Source of the DNA: an uncultured Planctomycetota bacterium
GTDB taxonomy: Bacteria; Planctomycetota; Planctomycetia; Isosphaerales; Isosphaeraceae
Length of the DNA stretch: 64,000 nucleotides
Reading direction: 5' to 3'
Assembly: GCA_963823665.1 (NCBI GenBank)
Contig: CAWGMQ010000004.1
Location: 288,001 to 352,000, forward strand
Every line of letters starts with the position of its first letter. Positions within the stretch are counted from its first letter, which is position 1. A program made the position numbers and the translations under genes. The notes below the pieces were generated by a model, which saw only the letters and a list, made by a program, of their open reading frames with translations, was not told the DNA's origin and ran no database searches. This document shows positions 20,482 to 32,299 of the stretch, one piece after another.

Positions 20482-20907
20482 TCAGGGCTTGGAAGCGGAA
20501 TCAAACGACCCCGCCGCCACCGCCAGCGCCACCCAGGCAGCAATCATGGCGACTCCACCGATCGGCGTGATCGCCCCCAGCCAGCGCACGCCGGTGACTG
20601 CGAGGATATACAGACTTCCCGAAAAGATGAGTGAGCCAATCACGAAGAGCCATCCCGCCGCCTGAAGCGCCGCGCCGCCCCGGCCAAATTGGGCCAAGAT
20701 TCCCACCGCCAGGATGGCCAGCGCGCAATACATGTGGTATTGCGCGGCCGTGTTGAAGTTCGCCTTGAGTCGCTCGGCCGAAAGGCCGCCCGGCAGGCCT
20801 CCCAGCGCCGCAAACCGATCTTCGAGCCCGTGCGCTCCGAACGCGCCCATCGAAATCGCCAGAAACCCCCAGACGGCCCCCACGCGCAACCAGAATGCGG
20901 TACTCAT
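20482..20907 (-). CDS. DUF423 (YgdD/TMEM256) membrane protein
   Basis: GAFGAHGL..TAAQYHMY..GSLIFSGSLYIL..LGAITPIGG. Confidence 0.92.
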   Translation of the reverse strand: MSTAFWLRVGAVWGFLAISMGAFGAHGLEDRFAALGGLPGGLSAERLKANFNTAAQYHMYCALAILAVGILAQFGRGGAALQAAGWLFVIGSLIFSGSLYILAVTGVRWLGAITPIGGVAMIAAWVALAVAAGSFDSASKP

Positions 20908-20972
20908 CGAAGTCTCTCGCAAGGATCTAGTAAGCCAGTTGGCTCGTCATTTCGATCGCCGGGTGACAGTTC

Positions 20973-22367
20973 TCAGGTCACCACCCGTGTGAACGACGGC
21001 GGGCGGGCGAGATCGAGCGCGATCGCCCGGGCCTCGGCTGCCAGGAAGAGCGAGCCGGTCACACAGATCAGACCGTCGGCATCCGTCAGCTCGCGCGCCA
21101 CCGCCAGCGCCCCGGCCGGCTCGGCCGCGATATGCGCCCTCCGCCCGCTTAGTGCCAGCATCTCCTCGGCGATCACTTCAGGCGGCACCGATCGCGGATT
21201 CTCCACGTAACGGGTCGCAATCAGTGTGTCGAAGCACGGCAGCAGCTCCTTGAGCTGGCCCGGCATGTCCTTGTCGCGCGTCGTGCCGAAGACCAGCGTC
21301 CGGCGCGACGGCGGAAAGCACGTTCGCAACGTGTCCGCCAGGGCGCTCGCCGAAGCCACATTGTGCGCACCGTCGATCACCAGCCAGGGTTTCTCGCCGA
21401 CCACCTCCACGCGCGCCGGCCACTGGAGCGCGGCGAATCCGCGCACAACGTCGTCGCGCGTGACGGCGAGGTCCGGCTCAACCTCCGCCAGCAGGTCGAG
21501 ACCCGCCAGCACGACCGCAACATTGTGCGCCTGGTGCGACCCGAGCAGCGGCAAGGTCAGTTCGCCCCAGTCCCGGCACCATGTTTGCACCTTCACGTGC
21601 CCGGCAGTGGGCCGCTCCAGTGGTGGCGCCGGCGGGATGTTCTCGTACCAGAAATCCGAATGTATTTCGCGAAGCAGGCAGCGGCGCTGGCGGGCCACGC
21701 GGCGGATCGCGACCCGCGCGTCGGCATCGCACGCGCCGCTGATTCCCGGTCGACCGCGTTTGAGAATCCCGGCCTTCTCGGTGGCAATCGACGCGAGGTG
21801 GTTACCCAGTTGGCGCGTGTGGTCGAACGAGATGCTCGTGATGATCGACAGCAGCGGCCGCACCACGTTCGTGGAATCGAGCCGCCCTCCCAGACCGACT
21901 TCAAGCACGACGGCCCCCACCCCGCGGCGGGCGAAATGCAGCAGGCCCATCGCCGTGGTGATCTCGAAAAACGTGGGACCGCGGTGACCAGACCCGCTGT
22001 CTTCCCGCTCGAGATGCTCGACCGCCTCTCGGGCCACATCCACCAGTTCGATCAGCTCGGCGGGCGAGGCCGGCTTGCCGTCAACGGTGAAGCGTTCTTC
22101 CAGGCGGTGTAAGTGCGGCGAGCAATAGAGCCCCGTTCGCACGCCCGAGGCGCCCATCGCCGCGGCGATCATCGCCGAAGTCGAGCCCTTACCCTTGGTG
22201 CCCGCCACGTGAATGATGCGCAGCCCCAGGTGAGGATCACCCATCAGCTTGAGCAGCCGCCGCATCCGCCCCAGCCGGAGCTGCCCCGACGATCGAGGCA
22301 TCCCCAGCCACTCATAATTCAACCGGCCATAAAGATAGCCGAGCCGTTCCTGATAATCGTCTTGCAT
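20973..22367 (-). CDS. folC: Folylpolyglutamate synthase/dihydrofolate synthase
   Basis: IHVAGTKGKGST, SPHL, TFFEITT, LEVGLGGRLDSTN, DHTRQLG..EKAGI, WPARVE, DGAHN, CVTGSLF. Confidence 0.96.
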   Translation of the reverse strand: MQDDYQERLGYLYGRLNYEWLGMPRSSGQLRLGRMRRLLKLMGDPHLGLRIIHVAGTKGKGSTSAMIAAAMGASGVRTGLYCSPHLHRLEERFTVDGKPASPAELIELVDVAREAVEHLEREDSGSGHRGPTFFEITTAMGLLHFARRGVGAVVLEVGLGGRLDSTNVVRPLLSIITSISFDHTRQLGNHLASIATEKAGILKRGRPGISGACDADARVAIRRVARQRRCLLREIHSDFWYENIPPAPPLERPTAGHVKVQTWCRDWGELTLPLLGSHQAHNVAVVLAGLDLLAEVEPDLAVTRDDVVRGFAALQWPARVEVVGEKPWLVIDGAHNVASASALADTLRTCFPPSRRTLVFGTTRDKDMPGQLKELLPCFDTLIATRYVENPRSVPPEVIAEEMLALSGRRAHIAAEPAGALAVARELTDADGLICVTGSLFLAAEARAIALDLARPPSFTRVVT

Positions 22368-22551
22368 GGCGCGTCGGTCGAGCTCGGCTTTTTCAGGGAA
22401 TAGAAGACTCTGGAAGCGACAACAGCATAACCGGGAAGACGAGCGAACCGCCATGCCATGAATCCATCAGGCTCTGGTTTGCGGCGACGTTTACGCTCTG
22501 CGGTACGACCGTGCGGATCCCGCGAACGATCCGACGTGACCGCGACTCGCT

Positions 22552-22580
22552 GTAGCAGGCACACTCCGTGTGCCGTCCGC
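22552..22580 (+). repeat. GTAG-type REP element
   Basis: GTAG-CA-GGCACAC-TCC-GTGTGCC: GTAG tetranucleotide followed by a 7 bp stem. Confidence 0.7.
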
Positions 22581-22872
22581 TCCTGATCTTAATCGTAATC
22601 CGAATCCGAATCCTTCTCCCGCCCTCCACGTTCGACCCTCCACCCTCGCCCACGAGTTCGTTTTGTAAATTCGTCGCGCGGCCTTACTCCACAAGGATTA
22701 GCGGAACAGCGCCGGTGAGTCCTGGTCGCTGCGATCCGTTCTCGTGGAACAGCGGTTTCAGCCCTCTGAGCATGGTGCTCGCACGATGAGAATCCGCGAT
22801 CAAACGTTCGATCTCCCGTCCCGAATCATTTCCGTGACCTCAAGTGCTCCGTCGTTCAAATTCTTATCTGAC

Positions 22873-22914
22873 CCATCCTCCGCCCTCCGCCCTCCGCCCT
22901 CCGCCCTCCGTCCT
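22873..22914. repeat. Heptamer tandem repeat (CCTCCGC)n
   Basis: ccatcctccgccctccgccctccgccctccgccctccgtcctc. Confidence 0.9.
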
Positions 22915-23376
22915 CGGGAAGGCAAGGCCCGCGCCGCGCCGCCAGTCGACATCCCAACCCCGCAATCGCATCGATGATTGGTAACTCGACGAACAACCCG
23001 TGACTCGTTTCGAACATTCACTTCACGCCCGATCGACAGCGGCGGCCCGCGTTTTCAGTTCGCGGCCCCCCATTTTCTGCGCCACATGCGCCACAGCCTT
23101 GCGGCGATTGGGTTTACGTGTGGCGCAGGAAAAATCGGGCGCGCAGGAATCGAACGCAACTCCATGCTGGCCTTCTCGATAGGTGTGGCGCAGGAATAAT
23201 CGCTACTTGTATCACTTGCTCATCCCAAAATCAATTAATGAGCAAAAAATACTTACTCTGTGTTGAATCGTGCATGTTTCGTCCGGAAGAACCGAACGCA
23301 ACCGACTGATCGATCTCCGCTCGCCGTTAGCAATCGAGCAGCCTGAGGCGGTACAACGATCGACGATCGCCCAGCC

Positions 23377-23510
23377 TTCTTTCCAAGCCCCGAACAGGGG
23401 CGACATCGTAAAGCCTGGGGCGCGAGCCCGAGGACCAACGCGGCACAACAATGCACCGTCCCCCAACTTTCTTTCCAAGCCCCGAACAGGGGCGACATCG
23501 TAAAGCCTGG
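23377..23510. repeat. Two identical 42 bp REP-like units (23377-23418 and 23469-23510)
   Basis: ttctttccaagccccgaacaggggcgacatcgtaaagcctgg, containing a GCCCC-GAACA-GGGGC hairpin. Confidence 0.9.
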
Positions 23511-24464
23511 CCTGACCGACCACTTCGTTTTGTACATTCGTCGCGCGTCCTTACGCCACAAGGACTACGGGAACGCACGCGCTCGGTCGAAGTCGCGAGC
23601 CACCGGCCGAATTCGAAGCCGAAACCCCGCCCGCGAGCACGTCGCTTTGACCCAGAATCGCCACGGCGCGGCCCGCGTAGCGCTCCACCCCCCAAGTCCG
23701 GGTCGACCACAATCCGCAAGTGCAAACGCGAAGACAGCTTCGGCCGATCAAACAGCTTCTTTCCCCCGGCACGAAATGATATCTTTTGATAGCACAAATC
23801 GAAACTCCTCGCCTTCCTCCCAGTTCAGAGTCCGGGGCAGCGAACCCTGCTCTCGGCCGACGACACGGCAAAGCCGCCAGGGCGACCGAGTCGCCCTGCG
23901 CAACGGCCAAGTCTGCCTGGGTTTCGGTTTAGGTCTCAGGCTCTTTACCAATGGCACTATTTGGCACTTTCTGGCACTCCCTGCATGAATTTCACCGCCG
24001 TTCTCAGGATGAGTGGAGATCGACGAGGTGCTAGAAAAGCAAAGGGAGCCGCCCATCGCGCCAGCATCGCGCGTTCGCCGACTCTGCCCTATGTATATAT
24101 GCGATGGGTTTCAGCGATCGGCAAGAAAAGCGTCCAAAAAAAGTGCAATCACTCGATCGACCCGGCTGCAACGTCAGGAGCTACGGCTTTGCGCGATTTC
24201 TTTGTTAATTGTGAACACGCGGTCGAATCAAAACGCACACGCAGTCGTCCGATCGCTCATCGAGGGCATGCTGAAAGTCAAGGAAATCACCCCGGAGAAC
24301 GTGAAGCAGCTTGGGCGGCGCCAATCAGCTCGCAACCCCCGACTCGAGGTAATAGATCATGTTCCAGACGCGGTCGATCTCTCGTCGCTCGATGACTTCG
24401 AGGGACTTGAGCCCACCGAAGGCATCGTTCGGCGTGTCGAGCCACTGAGCGTGGCGGGTGATCC

Positions 24465-25803
24465 CTACTCGGCCGGAGGTTGGGGGATCTTGGTGGGATC
24501 GCCGATCATGTAGGTGTCGATCTTCCAATCCTTGCCCTTTTCGAGGGTCAAGATGACCAGCTCGGACCAGGTCATGCCCCCGGCGGCCCGGAATTCGGCG
24601 TAGAACCAGGCCTGGTTGAATCGGTCGGCGGCGCCGGTCGCCCTCAGGTCGAGCCGCTTGAGCTTCCGGCCCTTGAGCTTGCCGGTGGCCGTGCGGACCT
24701 TGCCGACGTTCTCCGCCCAACCGGCCCGAGCGATCGCCTCGTGGGCGACCGCCGACATGGCGTCCCAGCTTTCTGCGTACTTGCCCTTGTCGAGCAGGTC
24801 GAGGTAGGCCTCGGCAACCTTCACGGTTCTCATCGAGCTTCGGCCCCTTCTCGGCCATCTTGGCCTTCTCCTTGGCCGGCTTCTCGGCCTTTGCATCCTG
24901 GCCCTTCGAGCCGATCTGGTAGGCCGCGACGGCCCCGACGCCCAGGGTCAGCATCCCAGCGAGGGCCAGGCCCCCGACGATCTTGAGCTTGGAGAGGATC
25001 ATGGTCTTCGACACTCCTTCCGCCAGGGAGGCGACTCCGGCCGAGACCATCCCGGCCGCCGTCGCCGCCGCCATGCCGCCCGCAAACGCGGTCGCGGCTT
25101 TCACCGTGGAACTCAGCAAGACGGGCGACACGGCGGCCGAGGCGCCTTCGGCGCTTAGCACCGCCGCGAAGACGCCCGAGGGGACCGCCACCCCTCGACG
25201 GGTGAGCCGCTCTCGGAGCTTCGCCCGGCCGGTCGACAAGCGACTGCGAACCGTGCCGACCGGGCATCGCAGACGACTCGCGGCCTCGTCGTGAGTCAAG
25301 CCGTCGAGGTAGCAGAGGACGATCGGTTCTCGGAACTTCTCCGGAAGGCGGCGGACCTCCTCATCAAGAGCGGCCCGCAGCTCTAGCCGGTCGAAACCCG
25401 ATTCGTCCGCCGATGTCTCCATCGCCAGTTCCTCCGCGCCTGGTCGCTCACGGGCGTTCCGTCTGGCGAGGTCCGCCCGAGCCCGGACGGCCACCCGATG
25501 AGCCACGCCGTGCAGCCAGGGGCCGAGCCGATCCGGGTCGCGAATCGACCCGGCACGCTTCGCCAGAACGAGAAACGTGGCCTGGAAGGCGTCTTCCGAC
25601 GAGTGCCGGTTGCCCAGGACTCGCCGGCAGACGCCCAGGACCATCGGTCCATGCCTGGCCACGAGCACCTCGAGCGCCACCGGGTCGCGACCGACGGCGA
25701 ACCGTCGGAGCAGCTCACCCTCGTCCATCCCCGAGGCCGACCCTTCGCCGAACAGGCGAGCGATCAGTCCCCCTACATCCTCGATCCCCGTCCCGGTCGC
25801 CAT
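24465..25803 (-). CDS. Extended ECF sigma factor with TM helix and C-terminal DUF4019-like domain; frameshift near 24830
   Basis: ELLRRF..RHGPMVLGVCRRVL..EDAFQATFLVL..LPEKFREPIVLCYLDG..GTVRSRL; C-terminal AEAYLDLLDKGKYAESWD..ELVILTLEKGKDWKIDTY. Confidence 0.88.
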
Positions 25804-25944
25804 AAGGTCGCCCTCCCCTTCGCCGCCACTCGCAAAGGTTCGTCAGCGTCTATTCTGCACCGGGGGAGGCGATCAATCGATCTTTCTTTGCAATTCCCGC
25901 AAAACCACGGGAACAGGCCCAAGCTCGCTTACGGCCGCTTGGAG

Positions 25945-26045
25945 ACGACGTCCCTTCTTTCATCACGAAGGCAACCCGGGCGGTCGCGGTGATGTCGACG
26001 GTTGAGTCTCCGGGCAGGGCGACGAGGTCGGCGAGCTTCAAAACC
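25945..26045 (-). pseudogene. 3' relic of an amidohydrolase-family gene
   Basis: KLADLVALPGDSTVDITATARVAFVMKEG resembles the amidohydrolase C-terminal GKxADLVxxxGDP..VxFVMKxG motif; no upstream body is present. Confidence 0.6.
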
Positions 26046-26200
26046 AGCCAAGGCGCCCCTCCGCGCGGAAGGCGCCCCGAGGGAAGGCAAACACCCACTC
26101 ATCGAAGTAAGGAAGGCATCGCCGGCGTCGCCAATGAGCTGACGGTGATCAAGTCTATGGTCGCCGAGACCGCGAATCACATCCGCTCTACAACCTCGCT

Positions 26201-27728
26201 TCAACCCGCCGGCGGGCTGCTCACAAAGTTCTCTGCTTCGTCCGTGCTCCCGCTGCCTTTGTACTTGGTCACCTGCGGATACGGGAACAACGGACGGGTC
26301 CGGGTCACTTTGCCGCTTTGGTCCCGGTGCTCCCCCTTGAGCTTTTCCGGGGGCGTGCCTTCCTCGACCCAGCGTATGATCGCCGCCATCTGGCCGACCG
26401 GCGTGACGCCAGGGCCACGGAACCCGTGATCGACACCCGGCGCCAGAAACAACCGAGCAAACCGCTCGACCTCCTCCCTGCCACCCATCCGCTGTAAAAT
26501 GCGCTGATAATAATCACTTGTTCCGTCGGCCGGGATGAGTTGGTCGGCCAGGCCGTGCATGATGATGATCTTGCCTCCTCGGTCGCGATATTGCGTCAAG
26601 TCCGGGTCATCGGTCCCGATGACGGCTCCGAATTCCTCAACCGATTGCTTCCACAGAAGCTCGAATCCCGACGGCGTGAGCGTGGTGTAGTCCCATTTCG
26701 GGTCTTGGTGCAGGAAGTATTGGCACCATTCCAGTGGTATGGAGAAGGGCTTTCCCAGGAGCGGCGAGCCACCGGTCCCGGCGAGGGCGGAAAGGTCCGC
26801 GCCGCGCGCCGGGCCATACCACAGGAAACGCCCATCGTGACCCCGGGGGCCTTCCCATATCTTCCGGACCACATCCGCGTCGGCTTCGGTGAACGGGCTG
26901 TCGCCGACCTTGGTGCCCACCAGCTCCTTCGGATCGTAGGTCGAGCGCGACGGGTCATCAATCACGCCGTCGGCGACGCCGTCCGTGGCGTCAGATGACG
27001 CCACGGCTGCGGCGGTTGCCGCATCGAGCTTGGCTTTCGGCAGGAAATTCCCGCCGGCAACCATGACCACTTGCGGCCAGAGATCCGCGGGGAGCAAGCG
27101 ATGCCAGTTGATGGCCGGACAAAGGGAGATGATGCCGTCGTAGTCCTCCGGGTAGCGCTGCGCTTCCATCAATCCCTGGCGACCGCCCGTCGAGCCGCCC
27201 ACGAAATAGGAATACCGTGGGGCTTTTCCGTAGAACGCCTTCGAGAGCGCCTTACCCACCACCGTCATCTCGTGGATGCCGAGGTACGCATTGTCCTGGA
27301 CGGCGTGCCAGTCCAACCGCCCGTCCGCGCCCAGAGCAAATTTGCCGCTACCCCCTTCGTGGCCAGTGTCGGTGGCGCCTGTCGCGTATCCCGAGCGTAC
27401 CGGCCCGCTCAAAGCGGCGGGATGCCCGCCCAGAAAGCCCCCTCCACCAGTGCCTTGGAATCTCCCATTCCAGCCCTTCGTGGGCAGGGCAACGAACACC
27501 TTGACCCGACACCCCGTCGGGGGATGCGTCACGGTCGCTCTGACGCGGCACGACCCGTCGTCGGCGTTGAGCCTCGACCGAATCGATCGTCGTGTTCGGG
27601 AGGGAGACCTTGCTCAGGCTCTCCTGCGGGATCACCGGCGCGTTGTCCGCGAAAATCGGCTTGGGCGGAGCCTCGCCGACCTGGGCATGAGCGACGGCGG
27701 CCGAGAGTGCGACCAGAGCGGCGAGCAT
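26201..27728 (-). CDS. Secreted tannase/feruloyl esterase family hydrolase; frameshift near 27560
   Basis: Signal peptide; WNGRFQGTGGGG, TDTGH, GGSTGGRQG (nucleophile), YDGI, HGLADQLI, LAPGVDHG, WVEEGTPP. Confidence 0.92.
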
Positions 27729-28469
27729 TCCAATGCGATGTCGCGCGAGGCCGAACGTCGAAGACAGGGCCACTGCAACCGCTCGAGTTACGTTCGATGG
27801 GATCATCTTGGCTGTACCTCATGAAGCACTCGACCGTCGACTATCGCGGGGCAAACTGGCTGTGCGCCTCGCAGCGCACCGGGCGACGTGCGGACTACGG
27901 AGTCGGACGATGCCCAAGTCGTCAAGCTACATCGCGGGCTGGTGCACGACAAGTCTATCTAGCCCTTCGCGAACAATGACGGATTCTTGGACGCCGCCGA
28001 AAAACCGATCGGAAAGGCACGGAGGGTCATGGATGATCACTGATCAGAACCCGATCGCCGCCGCCATCGTCCATGGCCCCAACGGGACCGGGGCCCCGGA
28101 CAAGAGCCACAGGCTTTCAGCCCTTGGCACCTTAAACCAATTCGCCATCCGCCTCGCCGTCCACCACCTCGCCAACCTCAATGGATGCCCGGCCCGGCGA
28201 ACAACGAATGGCGTGCGCCCTCCGCACTACCCAGCACCCATCACCGTTCAAGCGTGAACCACGACGCGTGTCCTCACCCAGTTTCGATCAGCTTGCGCCT
28301 TTTCCGCTTTGCGCTTCGCGCCATTGCGTGCGCCCCTCTTCACCTTGCCCCCACATCTCAACCCCGCCCCAATCGCCTTCCGCTCCAACCCCATTCCCAT
28401 CCAACCACGTGCACTTCGCAATCTCGTCCTTCGCGCCTTCGCGTGAGCGACTCTAAACCAGATGAAATG

Positions 28470-29981
28470 TCAGTCAGGAACGATCGGTCCGAATGCGGGA
28501 ACGGCCATGTCATCGTCGTCCACGATGTTTACGTAAGGCGCTGGCCCCGCGCCGTAATACAGAGCCGTATCCCGGCCGGGGATCGCCGTCGTCCACAACA
28601 CAACTGTCGCCGCCCTCTTGGGGTCGAACTCCGCTTTGTAGATCCAATCCAATGTCTCCCCCGTGGCCTTCTTGAACGTAAACCCAGTTGGTCGACCCGG
28701 CGCCTGCAGCTTTCCGCTCACCCCGCTGAACTCCACCACGATGCGTGGCTTCGGCGATCCGACACGAGTCGCCGCTTTGAGTCGGATCTCGCGACGTTGA
28801 GGCACGCCCTTCTTCGTGTACGAGAGCGCCATGCGGACCATCCGTCCGCCTATACGTGCCAGTGAGTTGTAGTCCAGGTGTAGACCGTCCATCACATCCA
28901 GGTCGATCGACGGGACGCAATGGGTGTGAAGAAGGGTCTCCGGCAATCGTCTTTGCGCCTCCCGAATCGCCTCCCACGCCCAGGCGCGATTGTCCGGCCC
29001 GTTATGATGCCGGCAGATCTGCGCGAAAATTACGGGCATGGTCGGATCGCGGAAGTCCGTGCGGAGTGCCTCGACAAACCTGGTGAACTGCTCGCCGTAG
29101 GTCGACACCGGCCCGATCAGGGACGGCGTCGTGACGGTCCGATCCTTGTCGCCGAAAATCGCATCTTGTTCTCCCTGGAAGAACAGCACCCCCTTCACCC
29201 GCCCCCCGGCGCTCATCACATGGTGGTGGAGGAATCCATAGCGATTGCCGTCTCGACCTTTAGGGTCCCAGATGGCCAGGGCCCCGCCCGTCGCGCACGG
29301 GATCAAACCGATTGGTACACCACTCAGAGCGTGCAGCTTACGCGCGAAGAAGTACGAGCAGTCGATCCCGCCAACAGGGATCTTGCTCGCGACGATCGAC
29401 CGGACCTTTGCCTCGGAATACTCCGGGTGTTGCCCCTTGATGACAAACGGCGCCAGCGACTCGGGAATGCGGTGAATAGGCGGCACGCCGGCACACCAGT
29501 GCGCGTCCCGCTCGACATGCAGGATATTGAGCATGTTCAGATACGGCAACTCGGGCAACGGTTCCTTGATCACGTCTATCCCAAACATGTTTGACTGTCC
29601 GCCCAGGACCCAGATGTCGCCGACAAGGATCCTGCGAAACTGCACGAGCGGTCTTGCGAGATTATCTTTCGCCATGACCGTGATCGTATACGGACCGCCC
29701 GTTTCAAGTCCTTCGACGACGACCCCAGGCCCCATGTTGCCTACGCTGATCGGGCTTGAATCGATTCGTCGAAGTAGATGCCCGCTTCCATCCTCGACCG
29801 TGACAACGATCTCGGCTACTCGATCGGTACCTTTGGCGAGAAGTACCAGACAAGAGGCCCGATCGATCGCATCGCGCTGCAGGACCTGATAATCCTCCTT
29901 GAGCACGACGCGGTCGACGGCGGCCGAAGGGTGGCATACGGCCACGGCGTGTCCGACGAACGCGACAAGGATGACGATCAT
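28470..29981 (-). CDS. Secreted sialate O-acetylesterase (SASA, SGNH-type) family protein
   Basis: VGDIWVLGGQSNM, VPIGLIPCATGG, GVLFFQGEQDA, IREAQ, DGLHL. Confidence 0.88.
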   Translation of the reverse strand: MIVILVAFVGHAVAVCHPSAAVDRVVLKEDYQVLQRDAIDRASCLVLLAKGTDRVAEIVVTVEDGSGHLLRRIDSSPISVGNMGPGVVVEGLETGGPYTITVMAKDNLARPLVQFRRILVGDIWVLGGQSNMFGIDVIKEPLPELPYLNMLNILHVERDAHWCAGVPPIHRIPESLAPFVIKGQHPEYSEAKVRSIVASKIPVGGIDCSYFFARKLHALSGVPIGLIPCATGGALAIWDPKGRDGNRYGFLHHHVMSAGGRVKGVLFFQGEQDAIFGDKDRTVTTPSLIGPVSTYGEQFTRFVEALRTDFRDPTMPVIFAQICRHHNGPDNRAWAWEAIREAQRRLPETLLHTHCVPSIDLDVMDGLHLDYNSLARIGGRMVRMALSYTKKGVPQRREIRLKAATRVGSPKPRIVVEFSGVSGKLQAPGRPTGFTFKKATGETLDWIYKAEFDPKRAATVVLWTTAIPGRDTALYYGAGPAPYVNIVDDDDMAVPAFGPIVPD

Positions 29982-30332
29982 CGCTCGATTCCTTCCTGAC
30001 GGAGCCTGGAGAGTCGGTAGAAGTAGCGGACACAATCGACAAGAAAACTCTGATACATGGGGTAGCGGAAGGTTCCATACACTGGATTATACACCCGGGG
30101 GCGGACGGCCAGACAACGCGAGGCGCAAGGCGTGGCTGGCATGAGTCAGGACGTGCGGAAGGATCTCGAATCGGTGGTCAACCGGCACCTGCTTACGCAG
30201 TCCGAGTTCTCTTGACAAGCCCGACGAAGTCAAGACATGGCATGCAGCACGGGCGACGTATCCCGCTTTCCCGTCGCCGCAGCGCGTGAAAAAAGGCGCA
30301 GCGAGCTGTATGATCCGAGTAGGAGGTGAGAG

Positions 30333-30633
30333 ATGCCGATTCACGATTGGACCCGAGCCGAAGCGGGTGACTTTCACCACTTCCATCAGCGATGGATCAG
30401 CGCCCTGACTGATGCCCTGAACAGTGGCGGGCTGCCTCCCGGATTCATGGCCCTGGCCGAGCAAGTCACCGGCCGCCCCATTCCTGTCAGTCGGGGTTGG
30501 CGACCGTCTTCCGGCAATCCCGCTGTTCCTGACCGAGTACGACCAAGTGTCCTGCCCGCTCAATGCGACCTATGATCAAGCGTGGGCGGTGTTCCCCGCC
30601 ATGCTCAAGGAGATTCTCGAACCACCCGGCTGA
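30333..30633 (+). pseudogene. Internally deleted DUF4058-family gene
   Basis: N-terminus MPIHDWTR..FHHFHQRWI joined out of frame near 30485 to the C-terminus VGVGDRLPAIPLFL..LNATYDQAW; the centre seen in the paralog at 31474-32225 is absent. Confidence 0.8.
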
Positions 30634-30714
30634 CGGACTCGAGTTGTGAATCGGAAAGCAATTTCGGAGCGACAAGACGGCCCACAAGCTGCTGGTCACT
30701 GCGTCACTCCTCGA

Positions 30715-31308
30715 TTACACATCGGCCTTGTCGTCCCAGTAACGGGCATTGTTCGCGTACCCGCGCAGCTGGAAGGCTCGCGGGACCTCGGTACCCACAG
30801 CGGGGAACGTCCGCCTCGTCCGGTCGTAACCCGTGATCCCGGCCAAGGACAGCAGGCGATCAAAGTCCTTCTCGTCCCGCGATCCGAACCAGCGCACCGC
30901 AGCATGCAGTTCGGCTGTGAAGTCCTGCTCCACCATTGTCGCGATATCCCAGAGCTCCTCCAGGTCCGCCTTGATGTAGCGGGACTTCAGGCGATCGACG
31001 ACCCTGGCGAACTGGTCGAAGGTACCCTGGAACTCGGGGAAGTACTCCGCCAGGAGGGCGCGGTTACTGCGCAGCAACTCCCTCGCCTCGGCGAGTTCGG
31101 CCACGAGCGAGGGCACTTCGTGAGCATCCCCCTCGTCGTCTTTGAGCTCGAACGTCGTGAAATGCCGATCGTCGAACAAGGCCAACCAGAAGACGGGCAC
31201 GGACATCGGACCGTCAGCCACCAGGTCACGACCTTTGGGCTTGCGGCCGATGTTGCAGCCGGCCGGGCCGGGGATGTCATTGGCAATCAGCGTCGACATG
31301 TTCGACAT
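30715..31308 (-). CDS. Hypothetical protein
   Basis: GGAG RBS, ATG at 31308, plausible globular composition (SVPVFWLALFD); no family recognised. Confidence 0.7.
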   Translation of the reverse strand: MSNMSTLIANDIPGPAGCNIGRKPKGRDLVADGPMSVPVFWLALFDDRHFTTFELKDDEGDAHEVPSLVAELAEARELLRSNRALLAEYFPEFQGTFDQFARVVDRLKSRYIKADLEELWDIATMVEQDFTAELHAAVRWFGSRDEKDFDRLLSLAGITGYDRTRRTFPAVGTEVPRAFQLRGYANNARYWDDKADV

Positions 31309-31473
31309 CGGATGTGCTCCAGGACTGACGACCTCCGCACGATCCCGTCGTCGTGCCGATACTTGTCCATCCACGTCCATGGGGTCAGACCTTCAAGCGA
31401 GAACAGCATGACCTGGAATAAGTGCGGATCGCCATGCCAGTCGAAACCGGAGGGGCAGGGACAGTGGCACCCC

Positions 31474-32225
31474 TTATTCGGCGTCGGGTTCCGGCATCAC
31501 GCCCGTCTCGACGGCCAAACGCAATTCTTCAGGGCAGGCGTTCCAGGTCGCCTCGTACGTCGATTCCAGCGGAACCGGCACGTGCCAGTCATTCGCCCGA
31601 AACAGTGGCATATCCAGAAGGATGTCGCCCACGCCGACCGCCTCGACGTAGCAAGCCTGCACGCCGCCAGTTTCATATGAGGCGAGAATTCGGTCCTTTC
31701 CCGCGGGCAATGCGAACTCCTCCTCCTCAATTTCGTCCCAGATGCCCTTGTGTATTCCGAGTGGGTCGCGCGGCGTCGGCGGAAAGAGGTCAATCGCGAG
31801 GACATGAACTCCGGGCGCAGGAATGCGATGGTCTTGTCGACGAAGTCGCGCAAGGCGGCGCGGCTATCCTTGTTCCCCGGCGAGACGATCTCGATCACTG
31901 CAATGGTTCGGCCCAAATGGTGCTTCAGCACGACAAGGTTAGCGCGCGTGGCATAGATTTGCTTCGTGGTGCGGCTCACGAAACGGGTGACCGGCGGCGT
32001 CATGGTCGCGATGCCTGGGTCGTCCGCGAATCCAGACTGCGCCCTACCTCTGCTTTCGATGGCCAGAACGTGCGATTCCTTCGGGCCGGACCGCTGCTCG
32101 ACCAGCGCCGCCACACCCTTCGGCAGACGACCGCGGTTCAGCGTCGCGGCAATCTCGATCGACCAATGCTGATGAAAATGATGAAAAAGCCCCGCCGGGA
32201 CTCGAGACCAATCGTGCATCGGCAT
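31474..32225 (-). CDS. DUF4058 family protein (PD-(D/E)XK-like); frameshift near 31815
   Basis: MPMHDWSRV..FHHFH..IAVIEIVSPGNK..GVHVLAIDLFPP..GVGDILLDMPLF..PLESTY. Confidence 0.85.
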
Positions 32226-32299
32226 GGCGACATCTCCTCAGGGTCATTCTATCCTCCCACCCGCCCCAACGCATACGCAAACCCGTCTTGACCGCAATG

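Larger units (their letters stand above)
22657..23564. repeat. 41 bp direct repeat pair (22657-22697 and 23524-23564)
   Basis: ttcgttttgta(a/c)attcgtcgcgcg(g/t)ccttac(t/g)ccacaagga, 3 mismatches. Confidence 0.85.

Noticed and set aside
24013..24513. 166 aa plus-strand ORF
   Set aside because: No recognisable motif, it overlaps the ECF 3' end, and there is no clear RBS. It may hold a gene fragment, but I cannot support a call.
27830..28460. Possible ncRNA or small gene between the tannase and the esterase
   Set aside because: Only degenerate CTTCGCG/CTTTGCG repeats and pyrimidine-rich sequence; no recognisable RNA family or credible ORF.
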